From assembly GCF_018350175.1 (NCBI RefSeq), contig NC_058368.1:198464001-198528000 (forward strand): a DNA stretch of 64,000 nucleotides. Reading direction: 5' to 3'. The DNA comes from Felis catus. Lineage: Eukaryota. Of the stretch, positions 40,701 to 54,064 are shown one piece after another. The position numbers and the translations under genes are program-made. Below the pieces are notes generated by a model. The model was not told the DNA's origin, searched no databases, and saw nothing but the letters and a program-made list of their open reading frames with translations. Numbering within the stretch: the stretch's first letter is position 1; each line of letters begins with the position of its first letter.

Positions 40701-41170
40701 TTAACTAGAAATGTTCCAGATGGGAATATTGTCTCCAAAAACTTATATGCCTTAAATGACTTTTTATTCATTGTACTCAAAAGATTATTCTACAATTCAT
40801 TTCTTATAATGACAAAGCTTTTTATCTTGCCATAGGTGTGCCTTTGGAAAAATACACTTTTGCATACTAATTCATAGTGCAATGTGAAGTTTTTTAAGAT
40901 TTGGCTTCATAAGCAAAAAAATAGACTTGTAGAATTTTAGGAATAACCAAGCAGACCTTAGAAATGGGCAGTGATACTGAGCCACTGATGAAGCTTTTAT
41001 TGTTTTAATTGTATGTTTTAGTTTCTTTATAAAAGATAAAGTCAGGATGTGTCCAATTAACCTGCGTAGAAAACATGTCCATGGGAATGTTCTCAAAGAT
41101 ACTTACAATACATGAAATAATGGCTCTCATTTACTGATGTCAGGCATTGTGAAAGTACCTGACATTTTAT

Positions 41171-41280
41171 AGGGTGACCAACCATCTCAAGCTGCTCAGA
41201 ATGTCCCAAACTTAGCACTCAAAATCTTGCATCCCAAGAAACTCCTCAGGCCTGGGCAAACCAGGCCTACTGGTCACCCT
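41171..41280. mobile_element. MER94-like MITE inserted in a MIR
   Basis: Terminal inverted repeats AGGGTGACCA...TGGTCACCCT; MIR sequence flanks both sides. Confidence 0.7.
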
Positions 41281-43218
41281 TACATCTTCATCTCACTTAA
41301 TCTTCAAAACAACCCTATGTGGTAGGTACTAGAATTATCCCCATTTCACAGACGAGGAAACTGAGGCATTAGGGTGTTTTGCAAGCTAACCCAAATTACC
41401 AGCCTAGAAAGCTGCAGAATTGGTACTCAAACCCCTGTTTTTTGCTACATTTATTTGCTTTCAGAGTCTACTTTGCTAATTACTCTGGGTTTTTTGTTTG
41501 TTTGTTTGTTTGTTTTGTTTTTTGTGTTTTTTTTTGCCAGGAAGCTACAATCCTTAGAGGTTCAGTTATTTCTTCCTTGTCCCGGGGATAAAGTTTATTT
41601 ATGGACTTAGCACCAAAAGAGCTTATTTAGAATTTCGTGGCAAGTTAAAAATCAGTTTTATTCCACAAGAAATTAATTGTATCCCATTCAACAGCAACAG
41701 AGAATTAAAGCCACACTGAGTTCTCTAAGACGTTGAATGGTGCTTGGAGATCTGGGCTTGAGGAGACAAAACAAGGGCACAGGGAAATTCCACCCTCTTG
41801 AAGGGCAGTGTTTCAGGAGAATGGTATGTGCCTGACAGCTGCTTTGAGGAGCATAGCAACGCCAGTGTAGCATTTCACAGAGGGAAGTGATGGTGGCTGT
41901 CTCATCCAGTGGAGTCCACCAGGGTAGGGGAAGAAAGGTGATACGCTTTCCTGGCCTGCTGTTCAGCCAAGACAGCACATTTGATTTTCCTCACTAAGAA
42001 ACTCTGAGCTTAATTGAAGTTCTGGCTGCATCTACAGTTCAAATTGGAAAAATAATTTGCAGTGCCCTGAAATTGCAATTTTTCAGAAAATCTTTTGGGC
42101 TTATTGCATTTTATAGAATCATAACTTCTTAAGATTGTTGGTCCTGTAAGTTCTGATTTCTTTGGAATAACTCAGTAGAGATGGGATATGTACATCGAAT
42201 GAGTAAGAACACTTGCTTTCTGCTGATATTGTAACATCCTTTCTAGGTACAGCCAGGACTTTATTTCAAGACACTATGCCGATCATTTACTAAATGCTAC
42301 ATTTGTAGAAAAATGTAAACTGTATTTACTGTTTCTTTGCTAATTATTAAACAATTTGTTTTCTGTATTTCTACAGTGAAATATAAAGACTCTAAAATCC
42401 CAACTATATAATCACTTCTGACATTTTTAGATTACCCTTTGATTCTTCTCCGCGTATAATAAATTACGGCATATCTATATGACAGAGTACAACACTGCCA
42501 TGAAAATCATGTCCTAAAAAACACATATTGACATGAAAATATGCGCACTGAAATTAAAGGTGGGAATTTTGTGCACCTTTTGTAACTTGCTTCTGTCCTT
42601 AATTTTAGTGAGCATTTTTCCACTCCATTCAATATTTTTCTAGATGATTTTTAATGGTAGAATAGAATTTTATAATATGGATAGACTGTAGTTTGCTTAA
42701 CAAATTACTTATATTTCCAATACTTCAAATTAAAGAATGCCTGACACATTTTTGTGCAAGGTTTTATTGTATCATTAGAATAGATTCTTTAATTCTTGTT
42801 CTGTCACTCTAAAATTATATCAAGAACCTTAATACTACCAACAGAAAGAGAAACAAACCAGGAGCTAATAGGGTTTTTGTTGTTGTTGTTATTGTTTACA
42901 ATATTCAGCAACATTGAAAGTCATGCTTTTTGGTCTCAAACATAGACAGAATTAAATTCAAAGCGTCACAAATCTTTTTTAATTCATAAAGTCTCCTTCT
43001 ATGTTTTCCTGCTTTTTGTTGTTGTCTTCTTGTTTGTTTGTTTAAACAGGGCCTTTCTCATGCCACAAGAAAGATATAGGTGAAGACATCATTCAGAGTT
43101 CTAGAGGGAAACAAAAGGCATACTCAGCTTGGATTTTCTAAAAAATCTATAATAAAGGGATGATTTACAGAGATGTGAGCAGGGCTGAGAAAACAACAAA
43201 AACGCTGAGACACTAAGA

Positions 43219-44028
43219 TGTTATGATTTCTGATAAGAAATACATATTTTGTCTTCATCCCAGTTTCTAGCCCCTAAAACCCTTGGAATTTTCTTAAAGT
43301 TGAGTACTTCAGAGGTGTCTTTTGTTATGCTAATGGTGACTGTTGGAAAGCCCTTAAGTAACCTAAGGATGGGGGCTTGTTGCCAGGAGAGCCAACTCTG
43401 TGGTTAGTGGGCTGGAACTTCCAATCCCACCCAGGAACCTCTAAGTAGCGTAGAGGGGCCAGAGATTGAATTCAGTTCATCCATGACCGATGAGTTAATC
43501 AAGCATGCCTATGTAATGACGCCTCATAAAAACCCAAAAGGATGTGTTCACAGAGTGTCTGGATTGGTGAACACCTGGAGATTTGGGGAAAGTGGTGCAC
43601 CTGGCAAGGTCATGGAAGCTGCACACTCTTTCCCTGTATCCAGCCCTGTGCATCCCTTCCATCTGGCTCTTCCTGAATTACATTCTTTTATAATAAACTG
43701 GTAATCTACTAAACAAAATGTTTCTCTGAGTTCTGTGAGCCACTGTAGCAAATTAACCGAATCCAGGGAGTGGGTCTTTGGACCCTCTAATCTATGGCCA
43801 GTCGGTCAAAAGTATAGGTGAGAACTTGGGTTTGTGATTGGTATCTGAAATGGGGGGAGGAGGGCAGTCTTGTGGGACTGAACACTTGACCTGTGGGATC
43901 CGATGCTCTCTCTGGGTAGATAGTATTAGAATTGAGTTGAATTATGGGACACCAAGCTGGTGTCCTAGAATGGCTTGGTGGTATCAGAAAAAAAAAAAAA
44001 AAAACCCACACATTAAAATTGGTGTACA
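43219..44028 (+). mobile_element. MER21-like solo LTR inserted in an older MaLR (MLT1-type) LTR
   Basis: TG...CA ends, AATAAA at 43692-43697, MER21-like motifs (cctaaaacccttggaat; tctgagttctgtgagccactgtagcaaatt); MLT-like sequence on both sides. Confidence 0.7.
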
Positions 44029-44669
44029 ATTGTAGGCACCTAGAGAGCAGTAATGGTGGGAAGCCATTACCCTATTGAGCCTGAAGGAATATAGGGAAGG
44101 GAGACAGAACTACTTGGTCAATTTGGGCTAGAGTGGGGGAGGGGGGGAAGGGGGAGCTGCTCATCACAGCTGTACATCAGAGGGAGGCAGCCTCTGCCAG
44201 GGAACCAAAGCAGAAAGAGTCAGAGAAAAAAATGCCCCAATCTCTCTGTCGTTCTACATGCTGCTGTCTTGCTTGTGCCTTCCATTGGGTGAATCCAGCC
44301 TGAAATCAGAGGGCCTGGGGCACAGAACAGGGCTGAGGCGAAATAACTGTTCATCCACAATTTTAATACCTCCTAATATTATTCAAGAATGAAGCAGTGT
44401 GATACAGACTGAGATTTTTCCATGTACAGACCCTTGCAAAAATAACAAGGTGCCTTGGGAAGAGAAAGAAACCCAGAAGGTAAACTGTGGAAAACAATAA
44501 AGAGAAGCACACAAATTCATAAAAAATTTTTTTAGTACCGAGATTTTAACAATCGATAGTGAAAGGTAAAACTAATATTAACAATGGCAGCAAGATGGGG
44601 AAGGGGATTCAGTGGGTTGTAAGGACACAAATATTCTTCAAACACCCAGGAGAAGGATAGAAACATTAA

Positions 44670-44885
44670 ATTATTTTTTTAAGTGTTTACTTATTTTGAG
44701 AGAGAGAGAGAGAGAGCACAAGCAGGGTAGAGGCAAAGAGAGAGGGAGAGAGGGAATCCCAAGCAAGCTCCACCCTGTCATTGCAGAGCCCGACATGGGG
44801 CTCTAGCCAAAGGAAGTGTGAGATTACGACCTGAGCCAAAACCAAGAGTCAGACTCTTAACCGACTGAGGCACCCAGGCACCCCC
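44670..44885 (-). mobile_element. Can-SINE within old L1 fragments (about 44360-45790)
   Basis: Ends in gactgaggcacccaggcacccc; flanking aaa[c/t]attaaa. Confidence 0.88.
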
Positions 44886-45560
44886 AAAAATATTAAACAA
44901 TTTAAAATGTCTATGTTTTTATGCTTTTATTATTTTCCTTCAAACATGTATACTAACCTATAAATTTTCTAACAATGTTTACATTTTAACACCTTAAAGG
45001 TGAAGAGAAAAAAACACGGATATAAGCTTAGAAAACTTGATAATCCAAAGACAGAAAAGGAAAAAAAAAATCAAAGGGAAATCATGATAAATACACACAG
45101 TAAGAAATACATCTGAATATTTCATGCAGTAAGAACTGAGCTCAATTCATTTATTAGATTATCAGATTATATTTTAAAAATCAAGCTACATGCTACTGCT
45201 TCTAAGAAACAAACTTAAAACAAAGGTACATTGAATATGTAATAAAAAAGATGTCATGCAAAGCATGAAACAAAAAATGATACTATCAGGCAAAACAATT
45301 TAATGGTAAAAGCATTACATGGAGATAGAGTGGGCCTACATAATAATATAGGATATAATCCAATTGAGAGAAATCACAAATGTATAATCACATGACAACA
45401 TAACCTGGAAATATACAAAAGAAAAAATGGACCAAATTTTTTTTAAATTTTAAACTGTCCTTTCATACTGAAGGATTTTTAAATGCCAATCTGTGTGTTT
45501 CTATTTGCCACAAACAGCCAAAAAAAGGAAGGACAGGTGAACCAACAAAATTGCAAATAC

Positions 45561-45592
<32 letters not shown>

Positions 45593-46201
45593 ACATATAT
45601 ATATATATATATCTACACACTCCAAATAGAGAATTTGTATATAAATATACACACACTCTATAAATTATTTTCACATATATATGGTACATTTTTTAAAATA
45701 ATTATGCATCAGGTCATGAAAAAAATCTCAACAAATTACAAAGAATGGGATCATAGAGACCATTTTGTCTTACTGCAATAGATTTTCCTTGTATTTGTCC
45801 TTGAAGTTAGAAGACATTAATACATAGGATTTTATAAGTATATTGCATATATACATGCATGCTCTTGTGTATTAAACAATGCTGAGGATATGTAGAAGAA
45901 AACATTTACTTAGCAGCATATATTACTTAGCAGCATATATTTTTCAAATTTAAAATACTGTCTCATATTTTGGGGAGGACATCTGGCTAACTCAGTTACT
46001 AAGACAGAGTTATTTTCAACATGTAATATGTGAGCTGTAAATTAGCATACCAAACCAACATTTTTATTCTTTTTTCCAACTAATTATTTGAGAATCTCTG
46101 AAGAAACAGTAGTAAACTAGTTACAAATATTTTTGTTAAGCTTGAGGAAATGATTTGAGGTGTTTTGATTTTTTTCCACTGATGTTGTATACCATTTGTG
46201 G

Positions 46202-46407
46202 TTTTTTTTTAATGTTTACTTATTTTTGAGAGAGACAGAGCGTGAGTGTGGAAGGGGCAGAGAGAGAGGGAGACAAAGAATCCGAAGTAAGTTCCAGGCT
46301 CTGAGCTGTCAGCACAGAGCCCGACGCAGGGCTTGAGCCCAGGAACCAAGAGATCATGACCTGAGCCAAAGTCGGACGTTTAACCGACTGAGCCACCCAG
46401 GCACCAC
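46202..46407 (-). mobile_element. Can-SINE
   Basis: Full reverse element; TSD ACCATTTGTG at 46191-46200 and 46408-46417. Confidence 0.93.
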
Positions 46408-47489
46408 ACCATTTGTGTTTTTTAAAATCACAATGACCACTGACAGCAATTCTCAGATCATCACCAGTAGGTGAGAAGTAAGGCAAGGGCACGTTCAGGA
46501 TTCCAGTGCGGTTCAGACTCAGGGAGGTCAATGGGAACTAAAGTCTTCGATGACTTCTGGGCTCCCAGGATACGAGATGACAGCTTAAAACAAAAACAAA
46601 ACTTTGATCCACAATCTACAGGAAAAGAAAAATCCTGGAGAAGTTTAAGAGAACTGATTTTTACACTTAAGCAAGTAAAAAATTAGATAAAAATATAAGA
46701 TGATATTAGAATCCCTAAATTTTGAAAGCAGTCTGGGGTACATAGGCAATATGCTGTAGGCCTGTGTGATTTGCCTGGCTCCCCCTTCCTGCAGTTCTAG
46801 ATTTGGGGTCCTGGTGGCTACAAACCCTGTGTGCCTTTCCATCTGCCTTCTCTTTTCTGAGGGTGTCACCTGCCTCCCAGACCATGGTGCTGCCACCAGA
46901 GCCATTGCCAAGTCTCCCAAGGTGACTGGAAGCCAAGTTGAAACCCCGAGCCTGTGTTTCTCACCTGGAGTGAGCCCCGACCATGCTGGGTCATCCTTCT
47001 GCTCCAGGCATGGATGAAATGTCACACCGTGGGGCATGGGGTCTGGTTTTCTGACCAGCCGCTAAGGGGTTGGGCGATGTACCCCAGAAGTGCAGGAGAG
47101 TCTACACCCTGTGAGCTAAAGGGGAAACAGGAAATAGTAGGGGCTGGGGCAAGCAAATTCCCTCTTCTTTCTTTCCTGTAGATTGCTTTAAGATTTTATT
47201 TCTTCCCAAAGATCTTCGAGAGAAGTTCCAGGTACTAAACCAACATCCTTGCCAAGAGCCTGCTGAGTCTCTTCATAGCTCATTGTGAAGTGGGGGCCAG
47301 CATGGCAACACATCACCTCACGTTGCTTCCCTTTTTTTTTTCTTGCCTCTTTCCCCCCTAACTTCTCACTTTTACCAGTCTGGGTGTGCCCTTCCCAAAT
47401 AGAGTGCCAGCACTTCATTCCTTGTCTCAGGCTGTATTTTGTAGGACAGGTTTTTCTAAGAGAGCTATAACAAGAGTATTCACTTTACA

Positions 47490-47960
47490 GGAGTGCTGGA
47501 TAGTTTTCTCCTTGCCCCCAGGAGTCACTCTCCACCTTTTTCCCACCCTGCCCTATGCCCTGGGAGGCCGTTGAACTGTATCAACAGGGTGCCCGCACCT
47601 TCTGGTTATCACTTAAGTCCCAATAGGGTGCCCTGGTGGGAGATTAGAGGGAGAAAGTATTTATTCTTCTAGCACCTGAGAGAGGTCACCTGGGGCTGGT
47701 TGTGTCCCTCATATGAAAGTCACAGCTGGTGGTCTTCTCCATCTGACTTTCTTGATCTCTGAGACAAGCTTCCTCCTGCCATTCCTTTGGACCCAGGGGA
47801 TATAACAGCTCCACCCTGCTACCCTCAGATTATACCCTATCCCTTGCAACTCTTCTTCACCCTGCCCACTCCTTTGGAATGTATCTCTTTATAAGTAAAT
47901 CACTCCAATTTGAATGATTTCAGTTTTGACATTGTTACCTGTTTCCTGTTGGGACCAGTA
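47490..47960. mobile_element. LTR33-like ERVL LTR
   Basis: ctccacc...ccctgccctatgccctgggagg...tgtttcctgttgggacc. Confidence 0.5.
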
Positions 47961-48094
47961 GTGAAAAGGAATGGTTAAATTAGAATACTGTTTATCTTTG
48001 TTGGAATAGTGCATAGCCATTACAAATCAGTTAATGTTTGGTAGTAAAAGCAAGTGATGCACTTAAAAAAAAAATCAAGAGGTCAAACAGTAAT

Positions 48095-48240
48095 GGGACA
48101 CCTGGGTGGCTCAGTCAATCCCTCAGTGTAGGTTTGGGATTCTCTTTCTCCCTCTCTCTCTGCCTTTCCCCAGCTCTCATGCACCTGCTTGCTCATTGTC
48201 TCTCTCTCTCTCTCTCAAAATAAACTTTAAAAAAAAAAGG
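48095..48240 (+). mobile_element. Internally deleted Can-SINE
   Basis: Head joins almost directly to gggattctct(CT)n; imperfect TSD aaga[g/a]gtcaa[a/g]cagt. Confidence 0.8.
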
Positions 48241-50560
48241 AAGAAGTCAAGCAGTCAGAGTTCTGGCAGGAATCAGAATTCCGTCACCTGAAAGGACTTT
48301 AATGAAGAGACCATTTATGGGAAAGTGGACAAGTAAAGAGAAGCAGTAGGGGATGGTGAAGCACCCAGGACAAGAAAGGCAGAAAACATTGCCACCCCAA
48401 ATGCCGAAGGGACAGAAGGAAGAAACTGTTAAGACGCCTGAGCCCAGCACAAGTGGGAGCCCTGGAGGAGTGGCCACCTCTCCAGAGGTGTAATCATCGA
48501 GGGACACAGGCCTGCCAACACCTCATCTGTGGCAGGTTGACAGAAGGATATGCCCTGCCCTTTCTCCCCTCCTACCCACTAATCTTCTGTCACTGGCTCA
48601 CTGTCAGCACTCCCATTGGCTGAACCTAGTTGAAAGAAGAATGATGTGGCCCATCGGGGTCAGCCTGCTTGGGCTCAGAGTGGGGCCGACGAAGGCAAAG
48701 GATGGGTTTGGTTGGCACAAAGTGAGGCAGGCAACAGACAGTAAACAGGACTACTGGGATATCAAACTCCATGGAAATATAATCTTGTGAAAAGCAATAC
48801 ATGTATTTATACGTAGGGGAAGACTGAACTAGAAATTTCACATAGCAACTTCATGATAATAAAAGAGTAAGAAATATTTTTTATTTGTTACAGTGTTTCG
48901 TATATTTTCCAAATCAAAAAAATTGGCTGCATAATACTTTAAAATTTATCTTAGAAACAAATAAAGACTAATTGGAGGATGTGATTATTTTAGCATTCAT
49001 TTTTAAAGGAAAAGTTTCTCTCGGTGGCTCCTCGTGGTAAGAATTTTACTTCCCGAATTTTCCCAGAAGTAGGACCTCGTCTAGAGTAAGGTTAAGGCCA
49101 AATGAGAGGGGTTTTTTGTTGTTTGGTTGGTTGTTTTCTCAAAGCACTAGCTGGTTTTCACACCATCCTGCCAAACATTGGGAAAGAATAATCTAGTGTG
49201 GGACAAATGGTGTCCCAGCTCTAATCATATTAGTAGATGTAATCCCAATAACTACGATATCTTTGTAACATAGCGGAGCTGGTCCGTGATAGTCACTTTG
49301 TCAAACAAAATTTCTTAGAGTTAGATGCACAAACCTCAGTGGATAAACATTAACATACAGCTTCGTAATTCTTTCAGTTTAATTATATTGTAAACAAATG
49401 TCTCGGATCACATTTGTTGTCAAAACTACTTTTAGAACTGTTTGATTTATTTTTCTATTGCTCCGTATCTCTCCTGTTTTCACCAGAACTACACGCCATG
49501 CACCATGGAGTAGCACAGGGGTGCTGTCAGTGGCCTGAGTCTGCCCTGGCTCTTTCCACACCCAGCCTCTTCTATTCCCAGAGCCGTGCACAGACTCCCC
49601 GGCAGCACATGGTGGGTGCAGGGTAAAGGCGGCTACTTCCTCCCGAGGAGTATTTAGCGTGTGCAGAATGAGATAGCAAATGTTTGGAATGACCCAGAGA
49701 CCAGCTGTTGATGGCAGTACTCCTAGTAAAGCAAATCCTGAACCTCCAACGTCTCAGCCCTTCCCTTCAGCTGAAGCAGCACTCGGCAGTGCACTGTAGA
49801 AACTTAGCCCCCTGTGGGAGCCCAGGCCTGGGAACCTCCCCGACCTGCCAGGCTATTTAAAGCCGAGGATTATGCAGAGAGAGCAGATGCAGTGCATTTT
49901 GCCATCTTCAGAAATCTAAACTTTTAAACAGCATCAAAGAACACAGATTAAAACTCTTTAATTCAGTAACTGTACTTTTAAAAGTGGTTTCTCAGTACGA
50001 ACTTATAAGGGTAGGAGTCAACACATATCTTTGTACAATCGCATAAATATCCACAGAACATATGCTGTTGTCAAAAATACATTCAAATAGGACTCAGTTC
50101 ATCTTTTTAAAAATGGGGTACATATTTAGAGCTTTTTAAAAATAAAATTCATATCTGAACATTCCAATATTATGTTTAAGGCAGTGACAGCTGTAGTGAA
50201 TCATAAATATATTTCAGATCCAATTTCGAAGTACTGTATTTTAACCTTCACACTCTATATTTACAAAGTTCCACTTCAATTAAAATTCACGGAAAAGAAG
50301 AGCTTGTCCAAGTGAAGGGAATCACAGCTTTTTTTTTTAGCAATATAAAGAGTCTTCATAAAATGGATAAGATATCAGTATGGTTCTTTTGCCATCAATT
50401 ATTACAGAAGCAGATTCTGTGGCATTGTTGGAGTAATAAGGAAATAATTCCGAGTCTTCACTAGTCTGAAACCCACCTCCTAAACTGTCACTGTTTCGGG
50501 TGTAAGAATAGCATCGCTTTGAACGGTAGGAACATTTAACAATTTTCCTCTCTGAGGGAG

Positions 50561-50610
50561 AACAACAAAAACAACCACAACATACCAGGAACTATGTCTC
50601 TACTTTTAAT
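50561..50610 (-). terminator. HSPB3 polyadenylation signal ATTAAA plus GU/U-rich downstream element
   Basis: ATTAAA at 50610-50605, about 100 nt after the stop, followed about 20 nt later by TATGTTGTGGTTGTTTTTGTTGTT (50584-50561). Confidence 0.75.
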
Positions 50611-50710
50611 CTTCACAAAAACCATTTCAAATGTGGTTAATACAAACATTCCCTGTGGCACCATTGGCTGAACTCTAATCTTCCTGGAGCCGTGAGAACA
50701 GGAATTGATG

Positions 50711-51163
50711 TCAATTAGTCCCAACTGGATCCTTTACTTCCACCACCAGAATTCCATCGTGACAGAGGATGGCAGACAAATCTTTGGTCTCAATGCCATC
50801 TGGCAGCTTATACTGACGGGTGAAGCTTCTTGAGATAAAACCATGCTCATCCATTCTGGTTCCGTGCTGAGCCTTGATCAGCAGCCAGCCTTCGAAGGTC
50901 TGAATGATGATATCCTCGGGGAGGAACTGGACCACGTCCAGCAGGATCTGGAAGCGGGACTTGCCTTCTTGGGTCGGCATCTCCATCACTGAGTCCACGC
51001 GAGGAGCCTGGGCCGCCCTGGCTTTGCTCACGTCCACCGTGGTTGGCCCCGGCAGCGCGTATAAAGCATGATCCAGCCTGCAGTCTTCCAAACCTCGAGC
51101 TTCAAACTCCTCCTCGTAGCGCACCGGAGTCTCTATGAGGTGCCTCAAGATGATTTTTGCCAT
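50711..51163 (-). CDS. HSPB3: Heat shock protein beta-3 (small HSP, alpha-crystallin domain), single exon, 150 aa
   Basis: ACC-ATG-G at 51163. [11 protein letters not shown]...[53 protein letters not shown]...DPVGTN; TGA at 50711-50713; 453 nt; next to SNX18 as in other mammals. Confidence 0.98.
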   Translation of the reverse strand: MAKIILRHLIETPVRYEEEFEARGLEDCRLDHALYALPGPTTVDVSKARAAQAPRVDSVMEMPTQEGKSRFQILLDVVQFLPEDIIIQTFEGWLLIKAQHGTRMDEHGFISRSFTRQYKLPDGIETKDLSAILCHDGILVVEVKDPVGTN

Positions 51164-51367
51164 GGTCGGAGTCAAAGCCAGCATTGAACCGCTTCGCTTC
51201 GGTCTATGTGCCGTCAGGAGCAAACCCTCGCAGTTGCCTACTGACTGGATTATCAGTCGCAACGGCTCTTCGCTTGGAACCCTGCGCAGACGCAACTACT
51301 TAATTAGGCCTGCATCCTACCGCCGCACACCCACTCTTGTCTTTTCACACGCGCTGACAATAAACGG

Positions 51368-51377
51368 CTATTTATAG
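51368..51377 (-). promoter_or_regulatory. HSPB3 core promoter: overlapping TATA box and MEF2 site (CTATAAATAG)
   Basis: Perfect CTA(A/T)4TAG containing TATAAA on the gene strand, about 205 nt upstream of the ATG. CATTCT (MCAT-like, 51443-51448) and E-box CAAATG (51462-51467) lie nearby. Confidence 0.7.
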
Positions 51378-52487
51378 GGTATGGTTCAAAGTTGCATTTA
51401 GCACACGGCCGGCTGAAGCTGCCCAGGCAAGGATCGCCCTTACATTCTCAGCTCTCCTTGGCAAATGTGTCTGCTTTGCTTACCTCAAGAGAAAAGGAGA
51501 ATTAGAATCAGAAACAGCATTTACAGAATTTCTGACTGTCTGTCCTTGTGAACTGCAGTGATCTAAGGGACTGTGACTTCTTACCATAGTCCAGGGATGT
51601 GTATTCATAATATGAGCTAAGACTTCTGTCTCCCTTGTCTCCAAGTGCAAAGCTGGGAGGGGTGAATGTAGCTATAGTTGACTAGGAATTAAGATACACA
51701 GACACATATTCAAATTTCAGACAATCACCAAACTCTCAGCCCTCTGTCCTACACATTTTCTTTCATCTTTTTCATCACTTGTCCTGAAGGGACATCTGAG
51801 CCAAGTCATCTGGGTTTATTATATTTGACTCATCAAAAATGAGATCAGTCGACTAAGTTAGATAATGATGTCAAACCTCAGATGGGGGTTGAGTGGGGCA
51901 TAGAATGAGGAACTTAGTAATGAAAATAAAGCCACAGGGGAGAGGAAAATGTTAAAGCGTTGAACTACTTGATAGTTAGGCCCAGAAAGCTAAGGATGAG
52001 TCTACTTGTAGCTCCGCTATTAAAGTGGCAAAAATAAATGACCGATAATTTCTTAACTATCACACCCTTTCTATTCAACTTATATTGAAAAAGAATGAGG
52101 CAACTTTTTACCCACTGCTGGAGAAGGATCTCCAAAATGTGCTAAGTAAAAACAGCATATGATATGCTACTGTTTATGGGGTTTTGTTTTTGTTTTTGTT
52201 TTTTGTATAAGTAGGTATTTGCTTATATAAATAGAATCTCTCTAAAAGATATGTGGCTGAAGCCGGGGCTACCTCATGCAATGGTGACAGTGATTGGGAG
52301 GAAGGGGCTGAAGGGAGATTGGCTTTTCACTATGCACACATTTGTGCTTTTTATTCTAACAGTGTGTTTAACGTACAAATGCACAAGAAGGCTTAAAATA
52401 TAGAAAACTTCCACTCCACGGAGGTTAGTATTTTCTAGATCAGGTAGACTCAGGAATAACTTTCCTTAAAAATCATATCCATTTTCT

Positions 52488-52712
52488 GGGGGACCTGGGT
52501 GGCTCAGTCAGTTAAATGTCCGATTTTGGCTCAGGTCATGATCTCATGGCTCATGGGTTCGAGCTCCGTGCTGACAGCCCGGAGCCTGGAGCCTACCTCG
52601 GAGTCTATGTCCCCCTCTCTCTCTGCCCCTTCCCCGCTCTCACTCTGTCTCTCTGTCTTTTTGTCTCTGTCTCTGTCTCTGTCTCTCTCTCAAAAATAAA
52701 TAACGTTAAAAT
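52488..52712 (+). mobile_element. Can-SINE
   Basis: TSD AAATCA[T/C]ATCCATTTTCT. Confidence 0.92.
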
Positions 52713-53060
52713 AAATCACATCCATTTTCTTAGAATGAAAGATTTTTAAAAAATGAAACTTCAGAAAACAGGAGGGAATGATCTCCCTTAGCTCCTTTTT
52801 ATTACTCTGAAAACCTCCACAGACATTTTGGTGGGTACTTAAGAACATGCCCTAATAATGCTGTGCACACTCAGCTTTTTTCACCTGCACTTTACAGGTT
52901 GGTGGCCCTGGAGGGAAAAATGTACTCTTTTAGACATGTCAACATCCTCTGACTCATAAAATATTGAGAGGTGTTTTCATCAGAGCTGCTCTGAGACGTA
53001 AGAATTGAGCTCATTGCCCATGGCAGGAAATAGACAAGATAATAAGGATTTGGCTTTAAA

Positions 53061-53282
53061 TTTTTTTTTCAACGTTTATTTATTTATTTATTTTTTTGGG
53101 ACAGAGAGAGACAGAGCATGAATGGGGGAGGGGCAGAGAGAGAGGGAGACACAGAATCGGAAACAGGCTCCAGGCTCTGAGCCATCAGCCCAGAGCCTGA
53201 CGCGAGGCTCAAACTCACGGACCGCGAGATCGTGACCTGGCTGAAGTCGGACGCTTAACCGACTGCGCCACCCAGGCGCCCC
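53061..53282 (-). mobile_element. Young full-length SINEC_Fc
   Basis: CpGs intact; perfect flanking repeat GGATTTGGCTTTAAA at 53046-53060 and 53283-53297. Confidence 0.95.
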
Positions 53283-53309
53283 GGATTTGGCTTTAAAGTA
53301 CTAGACATA

Positions 53310-53625
53310 GTCATGGCAAAATTGAGAAAAAGGTACAGAGATTTTTCATATAACCCCTGCCCGCATACGTGCACAGCCTCCCCCATTGTCAGCATCCCCC
53401 ACCAGAGAGGTACATTTGTTACAACTGGTGAATCCACATTGACACATCAGGATCACCCAAAGTCCACAGTGGACATTAGGGTTTGCTCTTGGTGTGGTAC
53501 ATTATGTGCATTTAGAAAAATGTGTAATGGCATGTATCCACTCTTATGGTATCATACAGAGTAGCTTCAACTGCCCTAAAAATCTTCTGTGCTCTATCTG
53601 TTCATCCCTCCCTCCCCCAACCCTG
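53310..53625 (-). mobile_element. L1MB-like 3' UTR fragment
   Basis: Similar to 13420-13710 (gcaaaattgag...ctgccctaaaaatc). Confidence 0.8.
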
Positions 53626-54064
53626 CTCTAAAAAACTGCTGTAAAAAAGAAAGCCTATTTAAAAAATTAAAACTGAAAATCTTAAAACTAAAACTGCCTA
53701 AAAATAAACTCTTAAAAAAATTCTGTTAGGGTGGTCAGAGGAAAATGTATCCAATTAATCTTACAGTTTCTTGCCTCCAGGGACCTCTAAAATAGGCAAG
53801 GAGGACCGGATGTGAGTGGTGTTTCCACGTGGGATTGTGTGAGTTGCCTGGGTTAGGCATGAGCATCTGATGCAACATCCAAGACTTCTCCCAGCATTTT
53901 CCAAAAACTGCCCTTTGACCCTGCCCACCCCAGAACTGCCCCCCACTCCTCATCAACTACCTTGGCCCTTTCTCCCTCTGGAGAATCTACCAGGCTTCCA
54001 AACTGGTCTTTCTGCCCCAACTCTTGCCCGTCTCTCGGCCATGGGTTTTTTTGTTTTTGTTTTT

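Noticed and set aside
51185..51295. Longer N-terminal extension of HSPB3 in the ORF track
   Set aside because: It starts at a non-ATG codon in the 5' UTR; the 150-aa form has a strong Kozak ATG.
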